NCBI GenBank assembly: GCA_943354745.1
Contig: CALRDB010000003.1
Span: 1-63,210, forward strand
From: Candidatus Nomurabacteria bacterium
GTDB taxonomy: Bacteria > Patescibacteriota > Minisyncoccia > Phycocordibacterales > UBA10002
DNA: 63,210 nt
Reading direction: 5' to 3'
The position numbers and the translations under genes are program-made. This document shows, in pieces, positions 46,963-56,450 of the stretch; positions within the stretch are counted from its first letter, which is position 1, and each line of letters opens with the position of its first letter. The notes under the pieces were generated by a model. It was not told the origin of the DNA. It searched no databases and saw only the letters and a list, made by a program, of their open reading frames with translations.

Positions 46963-47694
46963 ATGATAGAAACCTTAAAATTGCTTGGAATAAAAGACAA
47001 AGCCGCGCATGTATACAGCGCGGCTCTTGCTCTCGGAACCTCTTCCGTCAAGGATATTGCCGAAAAAGCGGCCCTCAAGCGGCCAACGGTCTATGTATAC
47101 CTTGAAGAGTTGGCAAAAGATGGCTTTGTCCAAAAGATCACGATCGGCAAGAAAGAGTATTACCAAGCGACTTCGCCGCGGCTTATTGAAATGCGTCTTG
47201 AGGAGAATCTAAAGTCGCTCAAAAAAGAGATGCCGCATCTTGAGATGCTCCACATGCAAGCGCAAGGTAAACCGGGTGTCACGGTCTTTGAAGGAGAAAG
47301 AGGATTGAATCAGCTCTATGAGGAAGTGAAGCGCACCAAGGACCTTATCTTCTGGTCGGACCTTTCCTCGGTGGAAGCGCTGTTTCCGGATACGGTTCGT
47401 AAAATAAGCGAGGCGATTCTTGATAATAAAATCTTTACACGCGAGATTCTCGCCGATACGCCGGAAGCACGGGCAAGTTCCCGCCGGTTCAAGGTGGTTG
47501 CGGCGGATTTCTACATGGGACGTCTTGCGACCGGTCCAATCTTCAACGACAGCGTTATTTATGACAACGTCGTCGCGTTTTTCCGTATTCAGCAAAACAA
47601 TCTCTTTGTCGTTCGTATCGAAGACCCGACGATTGCCGTAACGATGAAAACGCTATTCGAAATGGCCTGGCAGTCGGCCAAGCCGTTTAAGTAA
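46963..47694 (+). CDS. TrmB family transcriptional regulator (ATG 46963)
   Basis: LGIKDKAAHVYSAAL..LKRPTVYVYL wHTH; VFEGERGL; DSVIYDNVV. Confidence 0.87.
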   Translation: MIETLKLLGIKDKAAHVYSAALALGTSSVKDIAEKAALKRPTVYVYLEELAKDGFVQKITIGKKEYYQATSPRLIEMRLEENLKSLKKEMPHLEMLHMQAQGKPGVTVFEGERGLNQLYEEVKRTKDLIFWSDLSSVEALFPDTVRKISEAILDNKIFTREILADTPEARASSRRFKVVAADFYMGRLATGPIFNDSVIYDNVVAFFRIQQNNLFVVRIEDPTIAVTMKTLFEMAWQSAKPFK

Positions 47695-47745
47695 GGAGAT
47701 TCTGCTCGGTTAAGCAATAGTGAACGGCCGTACACTATTGCTAAA

Positions 47746-48528
47746 TCAGTTGCGGAGCTTGGAGTCGAGACGTTTGGCCTCTGCCCAGGCGAGTTCGTAG
47801 ATTTTCTTCATCGCGTCGGCGATCTCCGCGCTTTCAATGATGATGCCGAGCTTTTCGCGCCATGACGCAATCAAGATTTTATTGTCGTAAATGTTTATTT
47901 CCGGAGAAAAAGAAAATTTATCTGGAGGTATAAAGGCAATCTCTCGTTTTTCTTCTTCACCATAGGGCACGCGGGCGCGCGCTATCGGCGTGTGGGGAAC
48001 AATCGCGCGTATCGCGATACCCGCGTCTGCTCGTCGTTTGTAGTATTCGGGAAAGTAATTCGGGAGACCTTTGTGCATATCTTCCACGTTGGCGTACGCA
48101 CGGATAGGTTCCTGTGAAGTAAGTGTATCTTCGTACACCTGTTTTAAACCATCAGTTCCTTCGTAAAATTTTATTTTCGGCCGGTTTTGCGTCGCGTGTA
48201 CTGAACGGAGCTGGGGGAGAAGTGCTCCAGCCTTTTCGATGCGATCCCTCGCAAGTTCCGCTTCGCGCTTTAAGTAGGCAACCACCGATTCCGGCGGTTC
48301 TGCGGCATACTCTTGTTTCGGCTCCTTTCCGGTCACGTTTACAATGCCTTTGCTTGAGAGGGAATCCAAGATGTCATAGCCGGTCGTGCGGTTGATGCCC
48401 GCCTTACGGGCTATTTCAGTAACAGTGCCATGTCCAAGCTCCAGCAATGCCACATAGACAATTGATTCCTTTTCGCTAAACCCAAGTGTGTGCAGGGTAG
48501 AGGGGAGTTCTTTGTTTTGTGTTTCCAT
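47746..48528 (-). CDS. TrmB family transcriptional regulator
   Basis: LGFSEKESIVYVALLEL..GINRTTGYDIL; FYEGTDGL; EINIYDNKI. Confidence 0.9.
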   Translation of the reverse strand: METQNKELPSTLHTLGFSEKESIVYVALLELGHGTVTEIARKAGINRTTGYDILDSLSSKGIVNVTGKEPKQEYAAEPPESVVAYLKREAELARDRIEKAGALLPQLRSVHATQNRPKIKFYEGTDGLKQVYEDTLTSQEPIRAYANVEDMHKGLPNYFPEYYKRRADAGIAIRAIVPHTPIARARVPYGEEEKREIAFIPPDKFSFSPEINIYDNKILIASWREKLGIIIESAEIADAMKKIYELAWAEAKRLDSKLRN

Positions 48529-48829
48529 GTTTGTTGTCTTAATTCTCCCTTTATAAAAGTGAGGGGACTGCTTGCGGTGAGGGATTTCAAAATCCTTCCC
48601 GCCGAAGACGGCGTGTGCTCCCTTTAGGAAAAGCTTGCAGTCGTAGACTGGGAGAATAAGACAATCCTACACCCCAACCTCTCTTTGTGTCAATTATCTT
48701 CCACAGAAATATGCCTAGTGTACTGAATACTATTGTAAAATAAGGCTTTAGTGCTCATTTTTACTGACGATTTACTTTGACAGTATGTATCGTACTACGA
48801 TATGATATCCGCAGAAAGTCAATTGTTTC

Positions 48830-50245
48830 TTGAAATTTTATACAGAGATAAAGTTCGCAACACAAAACCTCAACGAATGGACTAAAGCAATGCAAAACAA
48901 GACAACCTTAGTACTCACATACAACAAAGTGGACGGATTCAAGCCGGGTGCTTACGGAAACGGACGCGTCGTGGTTCTCCAGGCCGACCTCGCGAAGTTC
49001 AAGGATAACGACACGGAGAAAAGCTCATTCGAGCTTTACTTCCAGACGTTCAACCTGGTGAAGAGAAACATTGCCGAGGCAATTATTTACCTCGGCGATC
49101 TCAAAGAGGCTTCACCTAATTGGCAAGCAAAACGCCGAGCGTTTGATGCGATGTATCGCACAGCCATAGCACACGTCAAGACAGCGGATAAGGTGCTTAT
49201 GGTTACATGTCGATGTGACCGTGACCTGAAGGAAAAGTTTGCCGAACAGCTCAGGGTCAAGCTTATCTGGTCAGGGTGTGGGGGAGGGAGAACGCTCGGG
49301 CGGCTAATACAGGAGCGTCTGGATGAAGTACCCCAAGCTCCAACAGTCAGAGAGCTCGCGCTTCAAGTGGAGTTCGCTACTCTGGCACAGGAGAATGGCT
49401 GGGTACAGACACCCTCCTTTAGGAACTTCGCCGTTCTCGGTGCAACGCTCTTTGCTAACAGAAACGACGGAACCATTTTTAAAAAAACCGAAAGTGGTTG
49501 GGACGAAAATGGTTTGCAGATCGCTTTCGGTGCTAACGAAATGAAAGAAAACAGAGATAGGAAAAAACTGAAGATACTAGTGTTCGCTGGTGGCGGAATA
49601 GATCGCAAATCAGCCGAGTTCAGTCTCGCAGGTCATGAGCTCACCATCGTGGGGACTTATGACGAGGCACAAGATGCTCTGATCCCCAAAACGAACTACA
49701 CAGAAAAAGAGAGTATTTACCGCAAGCTTTCCGCGGAAAAGGGTGGGGGGATTAGAATGTGGAAGAGAGAGGAAATGATGGCGAAAGCGGAAACACTGGC
49801 CACAACGTTTCCGGACTTTGATGTCGTCTTAACCGACCTGCTTGTGCCGGCATCGGCGAGGATTCAAGGTTTCCAACAATTCGTTGGTCAGAAGATGCCT
49901 CTCGGATCCGTGATTGCCTTGTTGGCACTTACCGCGCGTGTCAAAAATGTGGCGGTGGTAACCGATATGAATCACCACAACCCCCCGGCATCGGCGGCCT
50001 TCGATTGCTTTACGGAAAAACAACATTGCGAAGGTATCAGAATACTGTGCACGAACAATGTTGGTCGTATTAGAATTGACACTGAAACAAATACGGCGGT
50101 CGCTCATGATTTCCTCGAGTCCGATGCCAGCCTGGAGAAATATCCGTATTTGAGGCAAGGGGAAGAAGGGTGGGGAGAACGCAAAGGTCTCACTATTGGT
50201 GGCAAGGATTGGGGAAAAATCCTCCGTTTGGTGGTTGGCGACTAA
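48830..50245 (+). CDS. Hypothetical multi-domain protein; C-terminal half receiver (REC)-like (start perhaps 48890)
   Basis: C-half LKILVF..., FDVVLTDLLVP, PLGSVIALLA, VAVVTD pattern; N-half unrecognised. Confidence 0.65.
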   Translation: MKFYTEIKFATQNLNEWTKAMQNKTTLVLTYNKVDGFKPGAYGNGRVVVLQADLAKFKDNDTEKSSFELYFQTFNLVKRNIAEAIIYLGDLKEASPNWQAKRRAFDAMYRTAIAHVKTADKVLMVTCRCDRDLKEKFAEQLRVKLIWSGCGGGRTLGRLIQERLDEVPQAPTVRELALQVEFATLAQENGWVQTPSFRNFAVLGATLFANRNDGTIFKKTESGWDENGLQIAFGANEMKENRDRKKLKILVFAGGGIDRKSAEFSLAGHELTIVGTYDEAQDALIPKTNYTEKESIYRKLSAEKGGGIRMWKREEMMAKAETLATTFPDFDVVLTDLLVPASARIQGFQQFVGQKMPLGSVIALLALTARVKNVAVVTDMNHHNPPASAAFDCFTEKQHCEGIRILCTNNVGRIRIDTETNTAVAHDFLESDASLEKYPYLRQGEEGWGERKGLTIGGKDWGKILRLVVGD

Positions 50246-50449
50246 GTTGAGAGTCTCTTCCTCAAATTTTCATACCTCGCAGTTCGCTTCGGCGGACTGC
50301 GGGGTTTTTATTTACACACCACCCCTTCATTTCCCCTCCTCAACCAAGGAGGGGAAAGAAATCCCTCCCGCCGAAGACGGCGTGTGCTCCCTTTATGAAA
50401 GGGAGAATAAGAAGAAGTGTCGAAGCGTTGATGATACAATATATTCGTT

Positions 50450-51277
50450 ATGAGTGATTCGGAAACGACAAAAATAGTGCTGTTCAAGGGCGCGAAGGTT
50501 CGGAAGACACTGCATCATGGCGAGTGGTGGTTTGTGATTGTTGATGTGATTTCTGCTCTTACGGACTCCACTCAACCAGAGGGCTATTTAAAAGATATGC
50601 GTCGGCGGGATGAAGAACTTGCTAAAGGGTGGGGGCAGATTGCCACCCCCCTTTCAATTGGAACGGAAGGAGGGACTCAAAAGATGAACTGTGCTACGAC
50701 CGAAGGTCTCTTCCGTATAGTGCAATCCATCCCGTCTCCCAAAGCTGAGCCGTTCAAACGATGGCTGGCGAAGGTGGGGTATGAGCGAGTGCAGGAAATA
50801 GAGAATCCGGAACTGGCGACGAAGCGGACGAGAATGCTCTACAAACTGAAAGGGTATAGTGAGGACTGGATAGAGAAACGGATGCGCGGAATCGCCATTC
50901 GGGAGGAGTTGACGGATGAATGGAAGAATCGGGGAGCGCGAGATAGACAGGACTATGAGATATTGACCGCGGAAATATCAAAAGCGACATTTGGCGTAAC
51001 GCCGAGCGAATACAAGAAACTGAAAGGACTGCAGAGAGAAAATCTGCGGGACCATATGACGGATTTCGAGCTCATCTTCAATATGCTTGGTGAACGCGCA
51101 ACGACGGAGATTCATCGTGTCGAAGACTCGAAGGGTATACCGAAACTGAAAAGCGATGCGAAGGCCGGTGGAGATATCGCAGGAGGGGCGAGAAAGAAAT
51201 TGGAAGATAGGCTCGGGCAGTCGGTTGTATCTAAGAAGAATTATTTAAAGAATAGGGAAGATAAGAGGTTAAGATAA
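50450..51277 (+). CDS. Bro-N domain (antirepressor-like) protein
   Basis: WWFVIVDVISALT, RIVQSIPSPKAEPFKRWLAKVGYER, ENLRDHMTD.ELIF. Confidence 0.87.
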   Translation: MSDSETTKIVLFKGAKVRKTLHHGEWWFVIVDVISALTDSTQPEGYLKDMRRRDEELAKGWGQIATPLSIGTEGGTQKMNCATTEGLFRIVQSIPSPKAEPFKRWLAKVGYERVQEIENPELATKRTRMLYKLKGYSEDWIEKRMRGIAIREELTDEWKNRGARDRQDYEILTAEISKATFGVTPSEYKKLKGLQRENLRDHMTDFELIFNMLGERATTEIHRVEDSKGIPKLKSDAKAGGDIAGGARKKLEDRLGQSVVSKKNYLKNREDKRLR

Positions 51278-51592
51278 ACACCACCCCCTCTCAATCGCCC
51301 ACCCCTCAACTGAGAGGGAGAGGCAGAGAAATCCCTCCACGCATAAGAATGCGGTGCTCCCTTTAGTCTACGACTACAGGTTACAAAGGGAGAATAAGAT
51401 AAACACCCCACCTCAATCCTCCCTACGGGAGCTGTACACTTTTCGCTTTTTGAAGACAAAACGCTCAAAGTCTTGCGAAGTGCCACATGGGTAATTCTTG
51501 TTTTCTAATTCGCTTTGCTCATAAGAAAACAAAGTCGCTCCAAGTGTTCGCTTCTCACCCTCTAAAGAGGGGAGGAGGAAAGAGGAGAACAC

Positions 51593-51616
51593 AAAACCCG
51601 CCGAGAGGCGGGTTTT
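51593..51616. terminator. Bidirectional intrinsic terminator after hup
   Basis: aaaacccgcc-gaga-ggcgggtttt. Confidence 0.8.
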
Positions 51617-51660
51617 GGGGGACTGGATTCCAACTTTCGTTGGAATGACAGAGGGGAAAG

Positions 51661-51933
51661 TTATTTTACTGCGTCCTTGAGTGCCTTGGCGGCGCGGAAT
51701 TTTGGAACCTTCATCGCCTGAACTTGCACCATCTCGCCGGTGCGAGGGTTGCGTGCCTGACGAGCTGCGCGTTGCTTGACCGAAAAGATACCTAAGCCCG
51801 CAATGGAGACTTCCTCTCCGGTCTTGAGCGTGTTGACGATCGACTCGAGTACTTTATCTACTGCCTGCTCTGCTTGTACTTTTGTGCCACCGAGTAATAC
51901 GTGAACTGCTTCTACAATGCCTTGTTTGTTCAT
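51661..51933 (-). CDS. hup: DNA-binding protein HU (start MNKQG at 51933)
   Basis: GEEVSIAGLGIF, RAARQARNPRTGE, PKFRAAKALKDAV. Confidence 0.95.
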   Translation of the reverse strand: MNKQGIVEAVHVLLGGTKVQAEQAVDKVLESIVNTLKTGEEVSIAGLGIFSVKQRAARQARNPRTGEMVQVQAMKVPKFRAAKALKDAVK

Positions 51934-52236
51934 ATTAGATAAACATACGAAAATACGAATTATACGAATTATACGAATCAACGAATGGCTACGAATGAGG
52001 CACTCGAGACACGTAAGTCGTACTTCAGTATATTTTTAAAAATTACTAAAACTTCGACCTACTAGCTAATAATTATGAAAGAGGATACTGAATCATTATA
52101 TAGGAGGCCATTTTTGGTGCAATAGCAAGGTGAATGTTGACAGAATTGTGTCTTATTGTACAGAAACGAAAGAGCGCTCGTTGCGGAGCGCTCTTTGTGT
52201 TCGTACTTTCGTATCCCGTTCGGAGTTCGTATTGTC

Positions 52237-53763
52237 TTATCTGGCGAATTCAATACACCTCGTCTCGCGAATGACAGTGATTTTGATTTCACCAGGGTAT
52301 TTGAGCTCCTTTTCGATGCGATCTGCTACTCCGCGGGCCATATTCTTAGCCTCAAGGTCGCTTACTTTTTCGGGGGAGATGAAAATACGGATCTCACGGC
52401 CTGCTTGGAGAGCATACGCCTTCTCAACACCAGGGAAGGAGGTTGCGATACCTTCAAGGTCACCAAGGCGCTTCAGATAGTTCTCTACCGAGTCACGCCG
52501 CGCTCCCGGACGTGCTCCGGAAATAGCGTCAGCTGTCTGTACGATATAGGACTCGATCGTTTCGTAAGGATACTCGTCATGATGGGCTTCCATCGCTTTA
52601 ACGACAAGTGGGTCAACACCGAACTTTTGCATAATTCTGCGGCCAATCTCTACGTGTGTCCCTTGTACTTCATGGTCGACAGCTTTACCCAGGTCATGGA
52701 GGAGTGCTCCTGCTTTTGCAACGGCTACGTTCGCCTTCAGCTCCTCGGCGATCATGCCAGCAATGTGTGTCATTTCGATAGAGTGCTGAAGTACGTTCTG
52801 TCCGTAGCTGGTTCGGAAATGGAGCCGTCCCAAAATGGCGATAACTTGCGGAGGCAGGTTTATAACGCCACATTCGTATGCAGCCTGCTGACCTTTCTCT
52901 TTGATAATTTTATTGATGTCCTGTGTGGCTTTTTCTACTACGCCTTCAATCTTGGCGGGCTGAATTCTGCCGTCCAAGATGAGGTTTTCAAGAGCGATGC
53001 GCGCGATCTGCCGTCTGATAGGGTCAAACGAAGAAATCGTAATGGATCCCGGTGTATCGTCCACGATAACTTCAACGCCGGTGGCACGCTCAAACGCCTT
53101 GATGTTGCGTCCTTCCTTGCCGATAATTTTACCTTTGATTTCGTCGTTCGGAATGGCGACAGAGGTGGTGAGCACGTCGGCTGACACCGAATTTCCAAGG
53201 CGTTGTATAGCGGTCGTGAGGATTTCTTGCGCACGCTTCTCAAATCGTTCCTCCCCGGCGCGTTCAAGCTTCTGCATTCGGCTCAGGATATCCTCCTCGG
53301 ACTTCCGTTCTACCGCCGCGAGAAGTTGGCTTTTCGCTTCTTCTTCGGAGAGATGTGCGATTTTCTCAAGTTCCGCGCGCTTACCCTCCTCCATTTCCAA
53401 CACTTTCTCCTTAATGCGTTTTACCTCGGCTATCTTACCTTTTAGTTCCTCGACTTCTTTATCGATATCGGTTTGTCGCTTATCGAGCAGGTCCTCTTTC
53501 TTGATGAGACGGTCTTCTGTTTTCTTTATTTTCTCGTCTTTTTCTTTGAGTTCGACGCGAGCCTCATGGAGTACTTTAGTTGCTTCCTCTTGGGCGTGGA
53601 GTGTAATCTTCTTCGCTTCCTCCTTAGCCGCAAGTTCCATCGACTTGATCTGAAGCTCCATAGAGCCACGCTTGCCAAGCGAAATGATCAGCCGAAGATA
53701 GTAGCCTAATGCGATTCCAACGATACCCGCGGCACTCATGATGAGCACCACGTTTATTGACAT
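52237..53763 (-). CDS. rny: Ribonuclease Y
   Basis: N-terminal TM, coiled coil, KH (KGKIIGKEGRNI), RTSYGQNVLQHS, LLHDLGK, DAISGARPGAR. Confidence 0.96.
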   Translation of the reverse strand: MSINVVLIMSAAGIVGIALGYYLRLIISLGKRGSMELQIKSMELAAKEEAKKITLHAQEEATKVLHEARVELKEKDEKIKKTEDRLIKKEDLLDKRQTDIDKEVEELKGKIAEVKRIKEKVLEMEEGKRAELEKIAHLSEEEAKSQLLAAVERKSEEDILSRMQKLERAGEERFEKRAQEILTTAIQRLGNSVSADVLTTSVAIPNDEIKGKIIGKEGRNIKAFERATGVEVIVDDTPGSITISSFDPIRRQIARIALENLILDGRIQPAKIEGVVEKATQDINKIIKEKGQQAAYECGVINLPPQVIAILGRLHFRTSYGQNVLQHSIEMTHIAGMIAEELKANVAVAKAGALLHDLGKAVDHEVQGTHVEIGRRIMQKFGVDPLVVKAMEAHHDEYPYETIESYIVQTADAISGARPGARRDSVENYLKRLGDLEGIATSFPGVEKAYALQAGREIRIFISPEKVSDLEAKNMARGVADRIEKELKYPGEIKITVIRETRCIEFAR

Positions 53764-54142
53764 AACATTTTAAAAAACCCCGCTTTTATGCGTTCCTTAC
53801 CTCTATGAAAACTAATTGTTTGATTTTCATACTGCTTACCCGAATCGAACGATGTGCTCAAAACGATGGAAACAAAGGCTTAAACTGGCTAAAACATTTT
53901 GCTTCGCAAAATGTTCGCCCGAATCCACCGGAGGTGGATACTGGGGAAAGTAACGCGGTAAATGGCGAAGTTTTGAATAACAAATTTTTAATATTCTAAA
54001 TATACAAGGAAAGGGAGAAAAAGTCCAACTCGAGAAAACACTGAAGCAACACGGAAGGAAGAACACGGAACAAACACAGAACTGTCTGGCGAGGAGTTCC
54101 GATTCAGTTCCGCGCTGGCGACGTTCCGTGTGGCTTCCGTGT

Positions 54143-54730
54143 CTAGGCAATTACCTGTATCACTTTATCCACGATGCCATACTTCTTCGCTTCGTCTGCC
54201 GTCATGAAGAAGTCCCGTTCGACGTCCTTTTCGATTTGAGTAAGAGGTTTACCACAGTTCAGAGCGAGCATTTTGTTTAGCCTGTCCCTTGTTTGAAGAA
54301 TGTGCTTTGCGGTAATGGCGATATCGGTCGCTTGGCCTTCCACACCACCGAGAGGTTGGTGAATCATCACCTCCGCGTTGGGGAGGATAAAGCGTTTTCC
54401 TTTCTTGCCGGCAGAGAGCACCATCGCGGCCCCCGAAGCGGCGATGCCCACACAGGTTGTCGCTACGTCATTTTTGACGTGGTTCATTGTGTCGATAATC
54501 GCAAGAGTGGAACTTACCGAACCACCAGGGGAATTGATGTAGACGTTAACCTCTTTCTTTGGATCTTCAGACTGTAAAAACAAAAGTTGAGCAATGATGA
54601 GGTTGGCGGTGTGGTCGTCAATTCCGCCACCAAGGAAGATAATGTTTTCTTTCAATAGACGAGAGTAAATATCGTACGCTCGTTCGCCGTACGTGGTTTT
54701 TTCGATAACGGTTGGAATGAGAATTGACAT
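54143..54730 (-). CDS. clpP: ATP-dependent Clp protease proteolytic subunit
   Basis: [36 protein letters not shown]. Confidence 0.96.
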   Translation of the reverse strand: MSILIPTVIEKTTYGERAYDIYSRLLKENIIFLGGGIDDHTANLIIAQLLFLQSEDPKKEVNVYINSPGGSVSSTLAIIDTMNHVKNDVATTCVGIAASGAAMVLSAGKKGKRFILPNAEVMIHQPLGGVEGQATDIAITAKHILQTRDRLNKMLALNCGKPLTQIEKDVERDFFMTADEAKKYGIVDKVIQVIA

Positions 54731-54791
54731 GATGTATCGATGTTATGGTTAATCAACTTATCTTTGAATTACGAAACTAACATTTTAGGTT

Positions 54792-54953
54792 GTCATTCCC
54801 GCGTAGGCGCGCCGATGCCGAAACGGCTATGGCGGGTAGACGGGAATCCAGACCTATACGATTGGCCCTACCTGGATCCCCGTACCACAGGCATTGCGAT
54901 TTCTCTAGGGCTCGAAATCTCGCTCAGAAATCGGTTACATTCGCGAGGATGAC
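54792..54953. repeat. GTCATTCCC-family element, expanded by nested inserts
   Basis: gtcattcccgcg...cgggaatccag...ctggatcccc...gcgaggatgac; tail gagtttcgtaactca shared with 318-332. Confidence 0.7.
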
Positions 54954-55040
54954 AGAAGCAGGGAGTTTCGTAACTCACAGACTTATAGGCGTGGGACAAA
55001 ATGAGTATACAAAGGAAAAGGGAAATTGACAAAAACATAC

Positions 55041-55069
55041 AAAAACTCCGGCTGTAGGCCGGAGTTTTT
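55041..55069. terminator. Bidirectional intrinsic terminator
   Basis: aaaaactccggc-tgtag-gccggagttttt. Confidence 0.8.
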
Positions 55070-55110
55070 GTATGGAGCACTTAGTAATGTTGATTGCTAT
55101 CGGTGCTGTG

Positions 55111-55530
55111 CTATTCGACAATCACGACACCAACAACGTTCGAGTCTTGGAGGTTTTTGTATCCCCAGATGCCTGGTTGGGTGAGGGACACTCCAAAGGT
55201 TTCTCCTCTTCCTAATGATTTTGCTGTCTGGAAGCCAAGATAGGCACTTGTTCCATCTCGCGGGTCTTTGACAGGTGCAATACGGAGGGCCCTATCGCTG
55301 TTGTTTACAAACTGGATAGATCCACCGCGGGTAATCTTAACGACTGCAGGGAAGAAGGCGTTCCCGGTAAAGGTTACAACTGCGGGCGAAGTAACACCAT
55401 TTCCTGTTGTGGCTGCCGGAGTGGCGAGTGTCGATACGGTGAACGCGATATTCGATGAGCGAGCCATAACCACCCCACCTACCAAAATTACCGCTACGAG
55501 TAGACCGATTGCTAAGTTTGCTTTATTCAT
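55111..55530 (-). CDS. Exported cupredoxin-fold protein, no obvious type-1 copper ligands
   Basis: N-terminal TM; F.P..V.I..G..I.F.N pattern; PG.WGYKNL; lacks Cys/His. Confidence 0.65.
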   Translation of the reverse strand: MNKANLAIGLLVAVILVGGVVMARSSNIAFTVSTLATPAATTGNGVTSPAVVTFTGNAFFPAVVKITRGGSIQFVNNSDRALRIAPVKDPRDGTSAYLGFQTAKSLGRGETFGVSLTQPGIWGYKNLQDSNVVGVVIVE

Positions 55531-55667
55531 ACATTATCGAGCTGAAGAAATAATAGTTCATTCATTGTAAGTTATTTTAGGAATCTTAGCGCGTAAAGTT
55601 ATCAACAGGTGGCTTTAACAACGTAATCCTCCTTTATCCTTTCCTCGTTCTCCTTTATACTTCCTCT

Positions 55668-56372
55668 ATGCGACTACATCGATTTTTTGTTGAACAGAAA
55701 CTGAATCCAAGCGAACGCGTGGTTATCGAGGACGAGAAGCTGCTTCATCAGTGGCGCAATGTATTACGGCTGGAAGCGGGAGATCAGGTCGTCCTCTTCG
55801 ACGGATTCGGACAAGATCACCTCTGTGAGTTAGCTACTTTGGCACGCAAGGAGGCGGTTTGTATCATCCGAGAGTCAAAGAAAAGCGCTCCTGCTCCTAC
55901 GCAGCAGTTTTTTCTCTTCGTCTCGCTTATCAAAAAAGAACGTTTTGAATGGCTACTGGAGAAAGCAACTGAACTTGGTGTCGCGCAAATACGTCCCGTT
56001 ATCGCCGAGCGGTCTGAGTTGAAGCACTTTAATCTTGAACGCGCCAAAGACATCCTCAAAGAGGCGGCGGAGCAATCAGGGCGGGGAAACCTACCCGCAC
56101 TCTACGAACCTATGGAGCTTTCTAATGTATTCAAGGAGTACCACTATTTCACCTCAATCGCATTCGATCCTCAGGGAGAGGTGTTTGTTAAAGATAGATA
56201 TCATAAAGAGGACAAACTTGGCGCACTAATCGGACCGGAAGGGGGGTGGAGTGCTCGCGAACTAGAGCTATTTCGTGAGAAGAAAGTTCCGGTCTATTCG
56301 CTTGGTACCCCGACACTGCGAGCTGAAACTGCGGGGGTAGCAGTTATGAGCCTTTTACTTCTTCAGTCCTGA
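55668..56372 (+). CDS. rsmE: 16S rRNA m3U1498 methyltransferase
   Basis: EKATELGV, EAAEQSGR, LIGPEGGWS, SLG..TLRAETA. Confidence 0.95.
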   Translation: MRLHRFFVEQKLNPSERVVIEDEKLLHQWRNVLRLEAGDQVVLFDGFGQDHLCELATLARKEAVCIIRESKKSAPAPTQQFFLFVSLIKKERFEWLLEKATELGVAQIRPVIAERSELKHFNLERAKDILKEAAEQSGRGNLPALYEPMELSNVFKEYHYFTSIAFDPQGEVFVKDRYHKEDKLGALIGPEGGWSARELELFREKKVPVYSLGTPTLRAETAGVAVMSLLLLQS

Positions 56373-56450
56373 AGAAGCGCTAGCTTTCTAGCAGGCTGCT
56401 TCTTAGAAAGTCTTAGTTTTAACCAGCTAATAAGCTAATTAGTTGAAAAG

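Noticed and set aside
50450-51277. Bro-N gene as evidence of a prophage
   Set aside because: Solitary gene between repeats; no integrase, structural or replication genes nearby.
52156-53184. 342-aa plus-strand ORF
   Set aside because: Lies antisense to almost all of rny and has no recognisable motifs; shadow ORF.
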